Of a DNA stretch of 64,000 nt, positions 10,159 through 20,191 are shown in pieces. The stretch is from Candidatus Bathyarchaeota archaeon (GTDB lineage Archaea; Thermoproteota; Bathyarchaeia; Bathyarchaeales; Bathycorpusculaceae). The stretch lies in the NCBI GenBank assembly GCA_963811105.1, contig CAWEPZ010000002.1, forward strand, positions 544,001-608,000, read 5' to 3'. Made by a program: the position numbers and the translations under genes. The notes below the pieces were generated by a model, which saw nothing but the letters and a program-made list of their open reading frames with translations, made no database searches and was not told where the DNA came from. Each line of letters opens with the position of its first letter. Position 1 is the stretch's first letter.

Positions 10159-11553
10159 TTGAAGAAAACAAAGATTGTATGCACTTTAGGTCCCGCTAGC
10201 TCTTCAAGGCAAGTGATTGAAAAAATGTTCCACGCTGGCATGAACGGCGTAAGGATAAACACCGCTTATGGAAATCTCGCTCAATACAAATCCGTTATTG
10301 AAACAGTGCGTGAAGTTGCGGATATCCCAATTATAATTGATGTTAAGGGGCCAGAAATCAGAATCAGGGCAGCTCAAAAAAGGGTCTTTAGTAAAGGAGA
10401 CATTTTGGAAATAGGCTTCGACGGGGAAGAAATAAGTTTCAATCATGATTTCTATGACGAAATGAGCGTTGAAGACGAGGTCTACTTTGACAATGGAAAA
10501 ATTAGAACTCAGTTAGTTGAAAAGAAAGATGGAAAACTTCGTCTTCTGACCCTGAACAGCGGTTCCATTGAAGACGGGAAAGGCGTTAACATCCCAAACA
10601 ATCATCTTCCAGTTCCAACTTTCACCGAGAAGGATCTTGAAATAATAAGGTTTGCAAAGAAGCATGACGTCGAATACATCGCGCTTTCCTTCACAAGAAA
10701 TGTAGAAGACGTAAGGAACCTGTCTCAAATCAATGGGTTTGAAGGTGGAATAATCGCCAAGATTGAGAACTCGGAGGGTGTTCAAAACGTTGAAGATATC
10801 TTAGAAGCCGCCAGCGGATTAATGGTTGCAAGAGGCGATTTAGCAGTTGAAATTGAACCTGAAAAAGTGCCTTTGGTTCAGAAAGCCCTGATCAAATTAT
10901 GCAATCAGAAGGGCAAGCTTGTTGTTACGGCAACAGAGATGCTTGAATCGATGATTAATCAACCTAACCCAACCAGGGCAGAAGTCAGTGATGTTGCAAA
11001 CGCTATTCTCGATGGGTCAGACGCGGTTATGCTTTCTGGAGAAACAGCGATGGGTCAGTATCCTGTGGAGTCGGTTGAGATGATGACTCGCATAGCCAAT
11101 GAGACAGAGAAAGCGGTCAGGAGCAAAGTTGAAGATACGTCTTTTATCAACATCTCGGACACGATAAGCAGGGCAATCAAAGATATATGTCAATGCATGC
11201 CGATTCACAAGGTTATAACTTTGACGCGATCAGGCTATACAGCCCGAATGATCGCTCGATTCAAAATTGGACAGCCAATAATTTCTGTCACTCCTGAAAT
11301 CAAAGTCAAAAAACAACTAGAACTAATATTTGGCGTATACCCTATTCTGATTAACTACCGTGAAGAAAAAGACAGATTATTGGCAGTCACAAACAAACTC
11401 CATGAGATGCATTTGGTTGATGATAAAGAGACTGTCTTGTTCACTGAGGGTGTGAGAACCGCTATGGAGCACGCCAGCAACTCAATAGAAATACATAACA
11501 TAAAAGAGTTAAGAGAACTTGCGGCATCCTCCGCGCTTACGACATTTTGGTGA
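10159..11553 (+). CDS. pyk: Pyruvate kinase
   Basis: KTKIVCTLGPAS, DVKGPEIR, IAKIEN, MVARGDL, ATEMLESM, PTRAEVSDVANAILDG; TTG start at 10159 assumed. Confidence 0.96.
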   Translation: MKKTKIVCTLGPASSSRQVIEKMFHAGMNGVRINTAYGNLAQYKSVIETVREVADIPIIIDVKGPEIRIRAAQKRVFSKGDILEIGFDGEEISFNHDFYDEMSVEDEVYFDNGKIRTQLVEKKDGKLRLLTLNSGSIEDGKGVNIPNNHLPVPTFTEKDLEIIRFAKKHDVEYIALSFTRNVEDVRNLSQINGFEGGIIAKIENSEGVQNVEDILEAASGLMVARGDLAVEIEPEKVPLVQKALIKLCNQKGKLVVTATEMLESMINQPNPTRAEVSDVANAILDGSDAVMLSGETAMGQYPVESVEMMTRIANETEKAVRSKVEDTSFINISDTISRAIKDICQCMPIHKVITLTRSGYTARMIARFKIGQPIISVTPEIKVKKQLELIFGVYPILINYREEKDRLLAVTNKLHEMHLVDDKETVLFTEGVRTAMEHASNSIEIHNIKELRELAASSALTTFW

Positions 11554-11562
11554 AACCAGAAT

Positions 11563-12252
11563 ATGATCTGTAATCTGTTCGTTTTTAGACACGCGGAGAC
11601 TACCGATAACAGCAACCAAATATTCTCAGGCTGGCGTGACCCAGACTTAACTCCAAAAGGACTTTTACAGGCACAAGAAATAGCTCAACAGCTTAAACAG
11701 GAAAAAATTGATTATGCATTCACATCACACCTTTTGAGAGCCAAAAAAACCCTTGAAATTGTCCTAAAACCGCACCTCAACATTCCTGTTTTCATAGACG
11801 ACCGCCTGATAGAACGGTGCTATGGTACGTTGCAGGGCAAAAGCAAAATCGAGATTACAGCCGAAAAACCTGAGTGGTTTGCCAAAGTCCATCGAGACTA
11901 CGATTTTCCCCCTCCTGAGGGTGAAAGCCTTAAAATGGTTGAAAGCCGCACCTTGCCCTTTATTGTGCAGCTTGAAAGTTGGCTTCGACAGAAGCCTGGT
12001 AATGTAGCTATCTCTTGCCATGGCAACTCAATGCGTCCAATTAGGAGAGTCTTTGAACACTTAAGCCTTAAACAGATGCTTCAGCTTGAGAACCCTCAGG
12101 ACCAAGCAATGGAATATGCTCTTCACATACATCGTGTTAATGTTGACGAAATTGAGGAATGCAGACTCGAAAAGGATTGGAACAACATTGTGGTTCCCTC
12201 ATCTGTAAAGTTGGCGACGGACCCAAGAAACCCACTGAAGCAATACTATTAA
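11563..12252 (+). CDS. gpmA: 2,3-bisphosphoglycerate-dependent phosphoglycerate mutase (histidine phosphatase family)
   Basis: RHAET, FSGWRD, ERCYG, PPEGES, HGNSMR; directly downstream of pyk. Confidence 0.85.
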   Translation: MICNLFVFRHAETTDNSNQIFSGWRDPDLTPKGLLQAQEIAQQLKQEKIDYAFTSHLLRAKKTLEIVLKPHLNIPVFIDDRLIERCYGTLQGKSKIEITAEKPEWFAKVHRDYDFPPPEGESLKMVESRTLPFIVQLESWLRQKPGNVAISCHGNSMRPIRRVFEHLSLKQMLQLENPQDQAMEYALHIHRVNVDEIEECRLEKDWNNIVVPSSVKLATDPRNPLKQYY

Positions 12253-12567
12253 ATCCGAACAAAGGCACCCTCTGCCTCAGAATTAGTACAACCTTAAAAA
12301 CCCACAAAATAGGTAACTTTTTTTCATCTTCCTTTTTGCATGGCATTAATCCGAAGCGCTTAGGTCATCAAAAGCATCTTTGGTGAATCCCTGTGGATCT
12401 GCAATAAAAAATCTAACGCGCACTTAGACTGCAGGACTAATCAAAAATAATTTAGATTAATTCTTCTTAGTTTCTCCCCAAATTTCTATTGTGAAGCCAG
12501 TTAATGCCCAGTGCCAACCTCGTTTCTCAGAAATTAGCAGACATAGTTGTTACCTCCGTTTCCAATC

Positions 12568-12780
12568 TTGACCGTTTCCTTACTCTTTGCGCCAACTAAA
12601 CCGAAAACTTCAGTAAGCAACCCAACAAGCCGCTCATTAACAGTAACCAAACCATTAACCGTTTGAATCAAAACATCAACTTTCTGAGCCAACTCAACAA
12701 AAAGCTCCGGATTCTGCGAGTATTCTCATGTCGTCGAGGTCTGCTTCGCGTTCGGTTAGTGCTGCAAATAAAATCAGAGC
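12568..12780 (-). pseudogene. Fused gene fragments (LTEREADLDDMRILAESG, nucleotidyltransferase-like, plus the C-terminus of another protein)
   Basis: Protein-like segments without start codons; no ORF of normal length. Confidence 0.35.
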
Positions 12781-12828
12781 GCACTACTACTTCTCCTAAT
12801 CGTTACAGCGAGAAAGAGGTAGATAAAA

Positions 12829-13779
12829 TCACTGTTTAAACTCAAAGATGTAAATCGATTCTTTTCCATGGTCCGGAATGATGTTTTCGACTATCATCTC
12901 CAAGTCTCCCTTCGTTTTGCCGCTAGCCACTATCACGTTGTTTGCTACTGCAAACCAACCACTTTTTACACCTACGTTTCTTAGCTGTTTTTTTAGCTGC
13001 CTAGAGTTTGCTTTTCCCATTTCTCGAAAGTAGGTGGGCTGCAAATCCTTGTTTTTTAGCAGTTCCTCTATTTCTTCCCAGTTTTCTTGTCTGCGTTCCT
13101 TGGTGCTGAGGTAGAACGCGAGTTTCTCTTCCTCGCTGGGTGTAGCGGGTTTTTCGTATGGAAGTGACTCGACCAGTCCGTGCTCCATTACAGAGCGATC
13201 GCAAATTGCCCTAAGTTCGCGTGCCATTCCGCCGCCGAAGAGGATTCGGTCTGCGTTTATTAAGCCGTCGTAGATGATTCTGCCCTTGAACGGCAAAAGC
13301 ACTGCCTCCACTCTTGCAGGAGGCAGAACAGGAATTATTTCCCACAACGGGGTTCCTAATGCAAGAACCCGGTATGCTTTAGGATCATTGTCAGTTTCTT
13401 CGAGAAATATAGCTCCATTCTCAGTGTAATTGATCACGAAGAAGGCTCCGCTCACATAGTTCTTCCATGACTTTATGATTTCAAGCTCTGACGCGGTGAA
13501 ATTGAAAGGATTTGTGTCAACGAACTGGTCGATAAGGTGGATTCTTTTCATCAAGTCATTTCTTATTTTGAGTTTTTCTTCCGTGGTCAGTTTCAGGAAG
13601 TCGTCTCTGCTATTGACATTAAATTTTGAGCTGAGCTTTTGCGTGGCAAATACCAGCAGATTCTGGTTAAGCTTTAGATAAAGCTGGTAGTTTTCAGGAG
13701 AAAGTCTGAAGGTGAAGTTGCTATCAGGATAATTACTTTTATTTTTCTTATTCGTTGGCATCACCTGTAAACACTTCAT
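12829..13779 (-). CDS. Hypothetical protein (accessory cargo)
   Basis: Intact 316-aa ORF with a conserved-looking VLLPFKGRIIYDGL block; function not recognised. Confidence 0.7.
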   Translation of the reverse strand: MKCLQVMPTNKKNKSNYPDSNFTFRLSPENYQLYLKLNQNLLVFATQKLSSKFNVNSRDDFLKLTTEEKLKIRNDLMKRIHLIDQFVDTNPFNFTASELEIIKSWKNYVSGAFFVINYTENGAIFLEETDNDPKAYRVLALGTPLWEIIPVLPPARVEAVLLPFKGRIIYDGLINADRILFGGGMARELRAICDRSVMEHGLVESLPYEKPATPSEEEKLAFYLSTKERRQENWEEIEELLKNKDLQPTYFREMGKANSRQLKKQLRNVGVKSGWFAVANNVIVASGKTKGDLEMIVENIIPDHGKESIYIFEFKQ

Positions 13780-13834
13780 TATACAGAGCTTGCTGTGTTA
13801 TTCAAATTTTCGGCACAGTTCCAATTAACGTTTT

Positions 13835-14100
13835 TTAACTGTGACCCATATATTTGACGTATTTCTGGCTTCTTATACGTAGTTCTTGAGAGAGTCGACC
13901 TTTCAAAGCTCCAACTAAAGTCTTGAGTTCTTCCTCAATTGAAGGCAACTCAACTGGCAAAACTAACTTATCAAAGGTAGATGATGATGGCGTGTTTTTT
14001 TCACTCCCATCATCATCTTCTAAGCCTAAGCGAGATGCTTTCAACCGTACAGCAATAAGGGTTTTGCCTAGAATCTTTGCAATAGATTGCATAGATTTTT
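13835..14100 (-). pseudogene. Fragment of an HTH-containing mobile-element protein
   Basis: IAKILGKT..AVR.KASRLGL (HTH-like) followed by LPVELPSIEEELK; 5' end missing. Confidence 0.5.
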
Positions 14101-14923
14101 GGCACACTAGCCAAACTCCAATACCGACACGTCAAACGCGACCTTGAAAAAGGAATTGTACCGATCCATGTTCACGTCGAATCAGAAATCACCAAAGGAA
14201 AATATCATGACTACGACACCTTCCTAAACCAGGAAGCCTCAGACTACCTCAGAGCTTATTTGGAAAACCAAAGAAAAGGCAGCCCAAGAGGCAGAACACC
14301 GCCAGAAAACATCCGAGATGATTCACTACTTATCCGAGACGGCTACAGCAGACACTCACATCCAATAACACCCTGCCCGCCTCTATGCCATAATTCATAA
14401 CCTCTACATAGAAGCAGGATTATTGACCAGCAACCCTCTCGGAAGACGCCACGATCTACGCGCCCACAGCATACGCAAATTCTACCGCACACAAATGGCA
14501 TCCATAGGAGTAGACCGCGACTACATCGAATACATGATGGGCCACACAATCAGCACATATCACGACATAAAAATGAAAGGCATCGAATACCTAAGAGGCA
14601 TATACATGGCATCCGGACTAAGCATAAAACCAAAAACCAGAGTAAACAAACTTGACGCACTCAAAGAAATAATCCGCGCATGGGGACTCAACCCAGAAGA
14701 AATCTTAACTCGCGACGCAATGAGAGAACCAAACCGAACCATAATCGACCGCTCAGAAATAGAAAGCCACCAGCTAAATCAACTGACTTCAGAGTTAAAT
14801 CAGCAAATGCTCAAAGAAATCCAGCAAAACCAACCTGAAAAAAATATGAACTCAAGCTGGGCGAAAAGTAGCCCGGGAGAGATTCGAACTCTCGTCGGAG
14901 GGTCCAAAGCCCTCTATGCTTGA
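14101..14923 (+). pseudogene. Truncated, frameshifted tyrosine recombinase/integrase
   Basis: GTLAKLQYRHV...TKGKY, then after a frameshift HSIRK (HxxR), MMGH and the catalytic Tyr region; the first catalytic Arg is deleted; the ORF runs into tRNA-Gln. Confidence 0.85.
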
Positions 14924-14941
14924 CCACTACACCACCGGGCT
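14869..14941 (-). tRNA. tRNA-Gln(UUG)
   Basis: Reverse complement AGCCCGGTGGTGTAGTGGTCAAGCATAGAGGGCTTTGGACCCTCCGACGAGAGTTCGAATCTCTCCCGGGCTA folds as a cloverleaf with anticodon TTG; no intron. Confidence 0.96.
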
Positions 14942-15312
14942 GCGGCATCGTTTAAAGGGCACCTTTTTTCCTAATAAGGATTCCTTGTGTTTTTTATGCT
15001 TGAATGGTGAATAAGTTTTTGTGTCCCCGTATTTATTGCAAAATTTCGTGGATTATCAACGCTATTTTTGGTTGTGCTGGAGCTGGCGCGTGTGTGCTGG
15101 AAATTAGCATTTTTGTATGCTTTTACTGATTAACCTTGAATTGCAGGCTCGAAGAATTATAACTTTCTTTGTGCAATAACTTTATTAAAACCACAAAGCT
15201 TAAATACTTAAATGCTGACTTTGCATAGTTTGCGCGGGCCGAATGTACTATTTCTAGCCCAGACATGGACTTAGTGACGGTTCTACGCATATCAAAATTG
15301 AGGTAGAAAGAA

Positions 15313-16251
15313 TTGAGCAAAAAAGAAACTAAAACACAAACACGCTTGTCTGACAAGTGTGCAGAGTGCGGAAGCGAAAACTTAGTTCACGATTATGACA
15401 CGGGGGAAACCGTTTGCGGCGACTGCGGATTAGTCCTATACGAGCAAATGATGGACAAGGGACCTGAATGGCGTGCATTTACACAAGAGGAGAAAGCGTC
15501 CAGAAGCCGAGTTGGAGTTCCAACATCTTACTCCGTACACGACAAAGGATTGTCCACAGCAATTAGCCAAGTTGATCGAGATGCTTTTGGAAGAAAACTA
15601 CCATTATCCACAAGGTTGCAAATGTGGCGCCTTAGGAAATGGCAAATACGAAGCCGAGTACACTCATCTATTGACCGAAACCTTGCACAAGCCATGGCAG
15701 AGCTTGACCGGCTTTCAGATAAAGTCTATATTCCGCCACCAATCAAAGAAAAAGCTGCAGTGGTTTATCGTAAAGCCCTAGACAAAGGTTTGGTTCGCGG
15801 AAGATCAATTGCTGCAATCGCTGCTGCTGCGCTTTACGCAGCATGCCGAGGAAGCGGAACACCTCGTACACTGCGAGAAATCGCCGAAGCCAGTCTTGTT
15901 GACAAGAAAGACGTTGCAAGATGCTACAGACTACTGTTACGTGAGCTTGACGTTCATATGCCAATCGCAGACCCATTGACATACGTCTCCAAAATCGCAG
16001 AAAAAACTGGGATCTCAGGAAAAACTCAGGGTGCAGCCATTCAAATTCTAAGAGATGCAAGACGCAAACGTGCTGCCGCAGGAAAAGATCCAATGGGTTT
16101 AGCTGCTGCCGCATTGTATATCGCATGTTTGCAAAATGGCGAAAAGAAGACTCAGAAAGACATCGCTGAAGCTGCTGGCGTAACCGAAGTAACAGTCCGC
16201 AACCGCTATAAAACGCTTAAGAAACAACTAAATCTTGAATTGCCTGACTAA
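15313..16251 (+). CDS. tfb: Transcription initiation factor IIB
   Basis: Zn ribbon CAECG..CGDCG, GPEWRAF, two cyclin repeats, GVTEVTVRNRY. Confidence 0.97.
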   Translation: MSKKETKTQTRLSDKCAECGSENLVHDYDTGETVCGDCGLVLYEQMMDKGPEWRAFTQEEKASRSRVGVPTSYSVHDKGLSTAISQVDRDAFGRKLPLSTRLQMWRLRKWQIRSRVHSSIDRNLAQAMAELDRLSDKVYIPPPIKEKAAVVYRKALDKGLVRGRSIAAIAAAALYAACRGSGTPRTLREIAEASLVDKKDVARCYRLLLRELDVHMPIADPLTYVSKIAEKTGISGKTQGAAIQILRDARRKRAAAGKDPMGLAAAALYIACLQNGEKKTQKDIAEAAGVTEVTVRNRYKTLKKQLNLELPD

Positions 16252-16259
16252 GGCATTTT

Positions 16260-16472
16260 TTATTCAACATCATTTTCTTCTTTTTCAAGTTCCATAACCA
16301 CGATTCCAACATAGTGGCAATCTTCACAATAATATTGTTTAGGTGTTAGCCAAACTGCTAGGCTGCTTGTTAAGTGAATTTTTGGACTGCAACATCGTGG
16401 ACAAAAAATCTGCGTTGGTTTGCGGTGTTTTGCATTTTTGAAAACTTCGCGGAAATCGTCTACCTTTTTCAC
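16260..16472 (-). CDS. Small zinc-ribbon protein
   Basis: CPRC...CEDC pair in a 70-aa ORF. Confidence 0.7.
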   Translation of the reverse strand: MKKVDDFREVFKNAKHRKPTQIFCPRCCSPKIHLTSSLAVWLTPKQYYCEDCHYVGIVVMELEKEENDVE

Positions 16473-16501
16473 ATTACTGCACCTTTGGTTGACTTTGCGG
16501 C

Positions 16502-16810
16502 TTATTGTACTTCAATGTTTTCGGTCGGATAACCCAATTTTAACAAGAATCCGCGAATTCTATCTCGGTGATCTCCTTGCAACATAATTTGACCGTTTTT
16601 GCTAGTTCCTCCGCACGCACAATAAGTTTTAAGTTTTTGTGCAATACTAGCTAAGTTGATGTTTTTATCTTCCATACCGTCGATTACAGTAGTTGGCCTG
16701 CCAAATTTTCTTGTTTCAAGTCTCACGCGAATTCGTTGTTGTTCTTTTTCTATTTCTCCACAAACGCATAAGTCCTTTGGAAGCCCGCACGTTGAACAAA
16801 CTTCAGCCAT
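16502..16810 (-). CDS. sui1: Translation initiation factor aIF1 (SUI1 family)
   Basis: CSTCGLPKDLCVC; LK..CACGGT..I.LQGDHR; start MAEVC at 16810. Confidence 0.93.
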   Translation of the reverse strand: MAEVCSTCGLPKDLCVCGEIEKEQQRIRVRLETRKFGRPTTVIDGMEDKNINLASIAQKLKTYCACGGTSKNGQIMLQGDHRDRIRGFLLKLGYPTENIEVQ

Positions 16811-16929
16811 GACACTCAACAGTGAATTAGAATCTGTAATATATAAAAGTTTCAAGAAAGTTGGACAGTAACTGGTTACGGTTACATTAATTATTTATTT
16901 TCTTAGACCCTTAATGGATGTTGATGCGT

Positions 16930-17405
16930 ATGGAAAGCGGCGTTTAAAAGCTACAGCATATAGGCATAACCGAGTAGAGGCAAGGCTTATTTGACATTGT
17001 TAATTACGCATCTCAGCACTGCCACGCAGGTTTCTGACAGGTCAGGTGTACCGCGTTCCAAAATTTATTCGATGCTTGATTCTCTAAAAGATAAAGGTTG
17101 GGTTCGCGTCTATCCTATGTACCCTTGTTATTCAGTGGTTAGGATAAGCAACATTCCAAGTGTTGTTGGAAGAGTTGGTGCCACTCTTGAAGGACAAGGA
17201 TTTGATGATTGTTTTGCCGCAAAACCAAACGCCAACCGAAGAGCTAAAGCAATTAGCTCCATTAGCCACAAGTGAAGCCCGAGTATACATAGATTACATG
17301 GGTCAAGAGGCAAATTCTGACACTGTTAACTTTGCAAGCCGCAGCTTCAGTATTATCAGGGTAGACGACAAAATTCTTGGTGTCTCAGCAATGAAAATAT
17401 TGTAA
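16930..17405 (+). pseudogene. Degraded TrmB-family transcriptional regulator
   Basis: SGVPRSKIYSMLDSLKDKGWV wHTH; internal stops and frame changes. Confidence 0.7.
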
Positions 17406-17473
17406 ATGTGCTAAATGCCTTATGGAAACATTTGAAGAAGCTGGCACTACGCACAAAATGTTGGGATATTTGT

Positions 17474-18034
17474 CTACAGCTTTTCCTCTAAGTCTTTAGC
17501 GTTAACTTCTATCATTTGTTTTGCTATCTCTGAAATTTGCTGCCTGAATTTTTCTCCCATCTTGTTGAAACGCATAGCTGCTGATGGATGAATAACTTGC
17601 ACGTATTGTATACCTTCGAGTCGTGGGGTTTCTTTTGCAGATGCCCCAAGCAACACGATTATTTTTGGTTTAATCACGTTGATTTGTTTAATCAAGTAAG
17701 GTAGACATGCGGCTACTTCATCGTTGTAAGGTTTTCTGTTTTGAGGAGAAATGTGTTTGACGATGTTGGTTATGAAGACATCTTCGCGTTTTACGTGGTT
17801 CTCTGAAAGTACTTTGGTTAAGAATTTTCCAGCTCTTCCGACAAAAGGCTTCCCTGATTCGTCCTCGTCAGCTCCAGGGTTCTGTCCTACCAGCATAACC
17901 TTAGCGTTTAAGGGTCCTTCGCCTGGTACGCTGTGTTTTGCTCCTTGCCAAAGCCTGCATTTTCTGCAACCATAAATTTGCTGGTTTAGATTTTCAAGCG
18001 CCAAATTATTCGCCTTGTAGGTGGGTATTGACAA
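17474..18034 (-). CDS. udg: Uracil-DNA glycosylase family 4
   Basis: CRKCRL, VPGEG, GQNPG, GKPFVGRAG, TNIVK, HPSA. Confidence 0.9.
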   Translation of the reverse strand: MSIPTYKANNLALENLNQQIYGCRKCRLWQGAKHSVPGEGPLNAKVMLVGQNPGADEDESGKPFVGRAGKFLTKVLSENHVKREDVFITNIVKHISPQNRKPYNDEVAACLPYLIKQINVIKPKIIVLLGASAKETPRLEGIQYVQVIHPSAAMRFNKMGEKFRQQISEIAKQMIEVNAKDLEEKL

Positions 18035-18130
18035 TCACACAAGCTTAAAAAAACCGCGGTACTAGTATTTTTAAGTGAGTTCTTGTTTGGTTTAGATGGA
18101 AGCGAGCAGGCTTTTGAAGGAAGTTAAATA

Positions 18131-18430
18131 ATGCAGGGAGAATCGGTTTCTGACTCATTCATAGAGAGTACAGTTCGGGTTCTTTTACGAGTTGTTTTTG
18201 TTTTTGAGCCTTTGGCACCTACAGCTATAACTAGATTGGTAAACCAGCAATTGCATAGATACAAAGAAGCAGGCGCAGTTGGGAATTTTAAGACTAAAAC
18301 CAAACGGTTAGGAAAATTCCATTACCGTATTGAAGTCGATTTGGACTTAACCGGAATGCAAGCGGCTCATCTCCTCGCTAACCTATTTCCCAAACAATTA
18401 AGCAGATTTAGGAGGTGGTTCCATGACTGA
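18131..18430 (+). CDS. Hypothetical protein
   Basis: Intact 99-aa ORF whose 3' end holds the SD (GGAGGTG) of the next small ORF. Confidence 0.65.
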   Translation: MQGESVSDSFIESTVRVLLRVVFVFEPLAPTAITRLVNQQLHRYKEAGAVGNFKTKTKRLGKFHYRIEVDLDLTGMQAAHLLANLFPKQLSRFRRWFHD

Positions 18431-18431
18431 A

Positions 18432-18575
18432 ATGGCCGACAAGAAAGGACGCTTGAAACTGACGGTAGAAGTAGAGGTTAACCAAGAACTTATGGACTTA
18501 GCAAAAGAAACAATGTCTAAAATGTCAATGAAAATTCCTGATCTAATGAAGCGCGGTGGGGAAAACAAGCAATAA
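18432..18575 (+). CDS. Small hypothetical protein (MADKKGRLKLTVEVEVNQELM...)
   Basis: 47-aa ORF below the track cutoff; SD upstream; followed by a T-rich terminator-like tract. Confidence 0.6.
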   Translation: MADKKGRLKLTVEVEVNQELMDLAKETMSKMSMKIPDLMKRGGENKQ

Positions 18576-18702
18576 GCTCAGCTATCATAAATGAATTCGA
18601 GTTTTTTTCTTTCTAAATTTTAAATGTTTCAGATCAACAGTATTTGATTGTTTGTTTAAACAACTCAGATACTATTTTTTCGAAGCTAATTCGCATTTTT
18701 CC

Positions 18703-19680
18703 TTAATCGATTTGTTTCTTTTCTGTAGGTACATGCTTATGCAAAAAGCTAACCCTGGACGAGAGCAAAGGCAGAATTTTCTCTACTGCAATAAAGGCCA
18801 AAGTAGCATATGCTATGCCTGCCAAAACATCAACGAAATAATGCTCCCCAAGGTAGACTGCGCTAAACCAAGTGCCAACTGGAATAATTGCGACTGGAAG
18901 AGACTTCCATCTCCAAACTTTAAACGCAAAAAGAAACACCAGCCATGGTATAGCTGAATGCATGCTTGGAAGAGCGGCAAATAAATTTGGACTTAAGAAA
19001 TCAAACAGTGTCTTGTAAACAGGAAGACCTAGATTAACATCAACTGCTCCAGTTAGAACTCTCAGAACCTGTGGTCCCACGTATGCAGGATTGAAAGCCG
19101 AGTTATACTCCCACCATGGAGGCGCAACAGGATAAAATAGAAATGTTACCAACGCGGCATACGTTAAAACCCCAAAAGAAACAGTGTACTTCCAATAGTT
19201 TCTTGGGCTTTTTTTCCAAAGAATAAAAGCAAAAATGGTTGGCACAAAAAAGTAAATGCCGTAAAATACTGCTCCCATGTAATCTAAGAATGGAAATCTA
19301 AAACTTTGTTGAAGAGCCAAGCTTGGAAGCTGTCCAAACAAAGCAAGGTCAAAATTACGGGGTCCCGAATGAAGATTGTTCGCTGAAATGGTTCCTACTA
19401 TGCTGTACATGATTTCATAGGAAATAAATACCGTTACGAAAGGTAGCCAATCCTTCAAAGCACTGTATGTACGTTTATTGTATGAAGCGTAGAATAGGAT
19501 GCCTAAAACAAGAAATTCAGGTCCTGGAATTATTTCGTATCTTATACAAAAAACTGTTATTGCAACTACGTATACCGCCATAAAAACAAGTGAGAAGAAG
19601 CGCGTAGAATGATAGTCAAAGCTTAAATCATGCTTCCATTTTTCCAGCTTCGACTGCGTTTCCTCTTTCTTCTTCACCAT
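18703..19680 (-). CDS. PAP2-superfamily membrane protein (inositol phosphorylceramide synthase/AUR1-like)
   Basis: PVAPPW, AALPSMHSA, SAVYLGEHYFVD. Confidence 0.85.
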   Translation of the reverse strand: MVKKKEETQSKLEKWKHDLSFDYHSTRFFSLVFMAVYVVAITVFCIRYEIIPGPEFLVLGILFYASYNKRTYSALKDWLPFVTVFISYEIMYSIVGTISANNLHSGPRNFDLALFGQLPSLALQQSFRFPFLDYMGAVFYGIYFFVPTIFAFILWKKSPRNYWKYTVSFGVLTYAALVTFLFYPVAPPWWEYNSAFNPAYVGPQVLRVLTGAVDVNLGLPVYKTLFDFLSPNLFAALPSMHSAIPWLVFLFAFKVWRWKSLPVAIIPVGTWFSAVYLGEHYFVDVLAGIAYATLAFIAVEKILPLLSSRVSFLHKHVPTEKKQID

Positions 19681-19870
19681 TAGCTAACCATTACCAGCCT
19701 CTTAGCTTATATGAGCTTTTTTAAATGCCTTTTCCCAATTCACCCCTATTTCAAACCAAGCAACCTTCAATTAGGCTCAAGATTCTATTTTTCCTCAGTG
19801 CAAAAACTCCATTTCTTAAGGGGCACAAAAACTTTAGAAACCCGCATAAACCCTAACATGCTGTGGAAGA

Positions 19871-20191
19871 ATGGAGAAAGTCTGGGAAGAACTCAAAAAA
19901 ATCGAAGCCAAAGCTGACCAAATCAAGAGCACTGCTCAAAATAAAGCCAAAGAAATAACTGTCCTAGCGCAACAAGAAGCGGAGAAACTCGTAGCAAACA
20001 GCAAAACTTACGCTGAAGAAGAGGCGAAGCAAGCTTTACGCAGACTCAATTGAGGAAGCAAACCGCAACTGTGTTGAACAGCTGAAAGGAAATCAAGAAG
20101 CCGCAGAAGATCTAAAAATACAATCGGAAAAACGCATGAAACAAGCCTCCACGGAAATTGTGAACTCAGTGCTCGGAGAAACCAAACATTG
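19871..20191 (+). CDS. atpH: A/V-type ATP synthase subunit H (G-like stalk), with a +1 frameshift near 20031
   Basis: Charged coiled-coil MEKVWEELKKIE; the shifted frame continues LYADSIEEANRN...VLGETKH* and overlaps the subunit C start. Confidence 0.7.
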
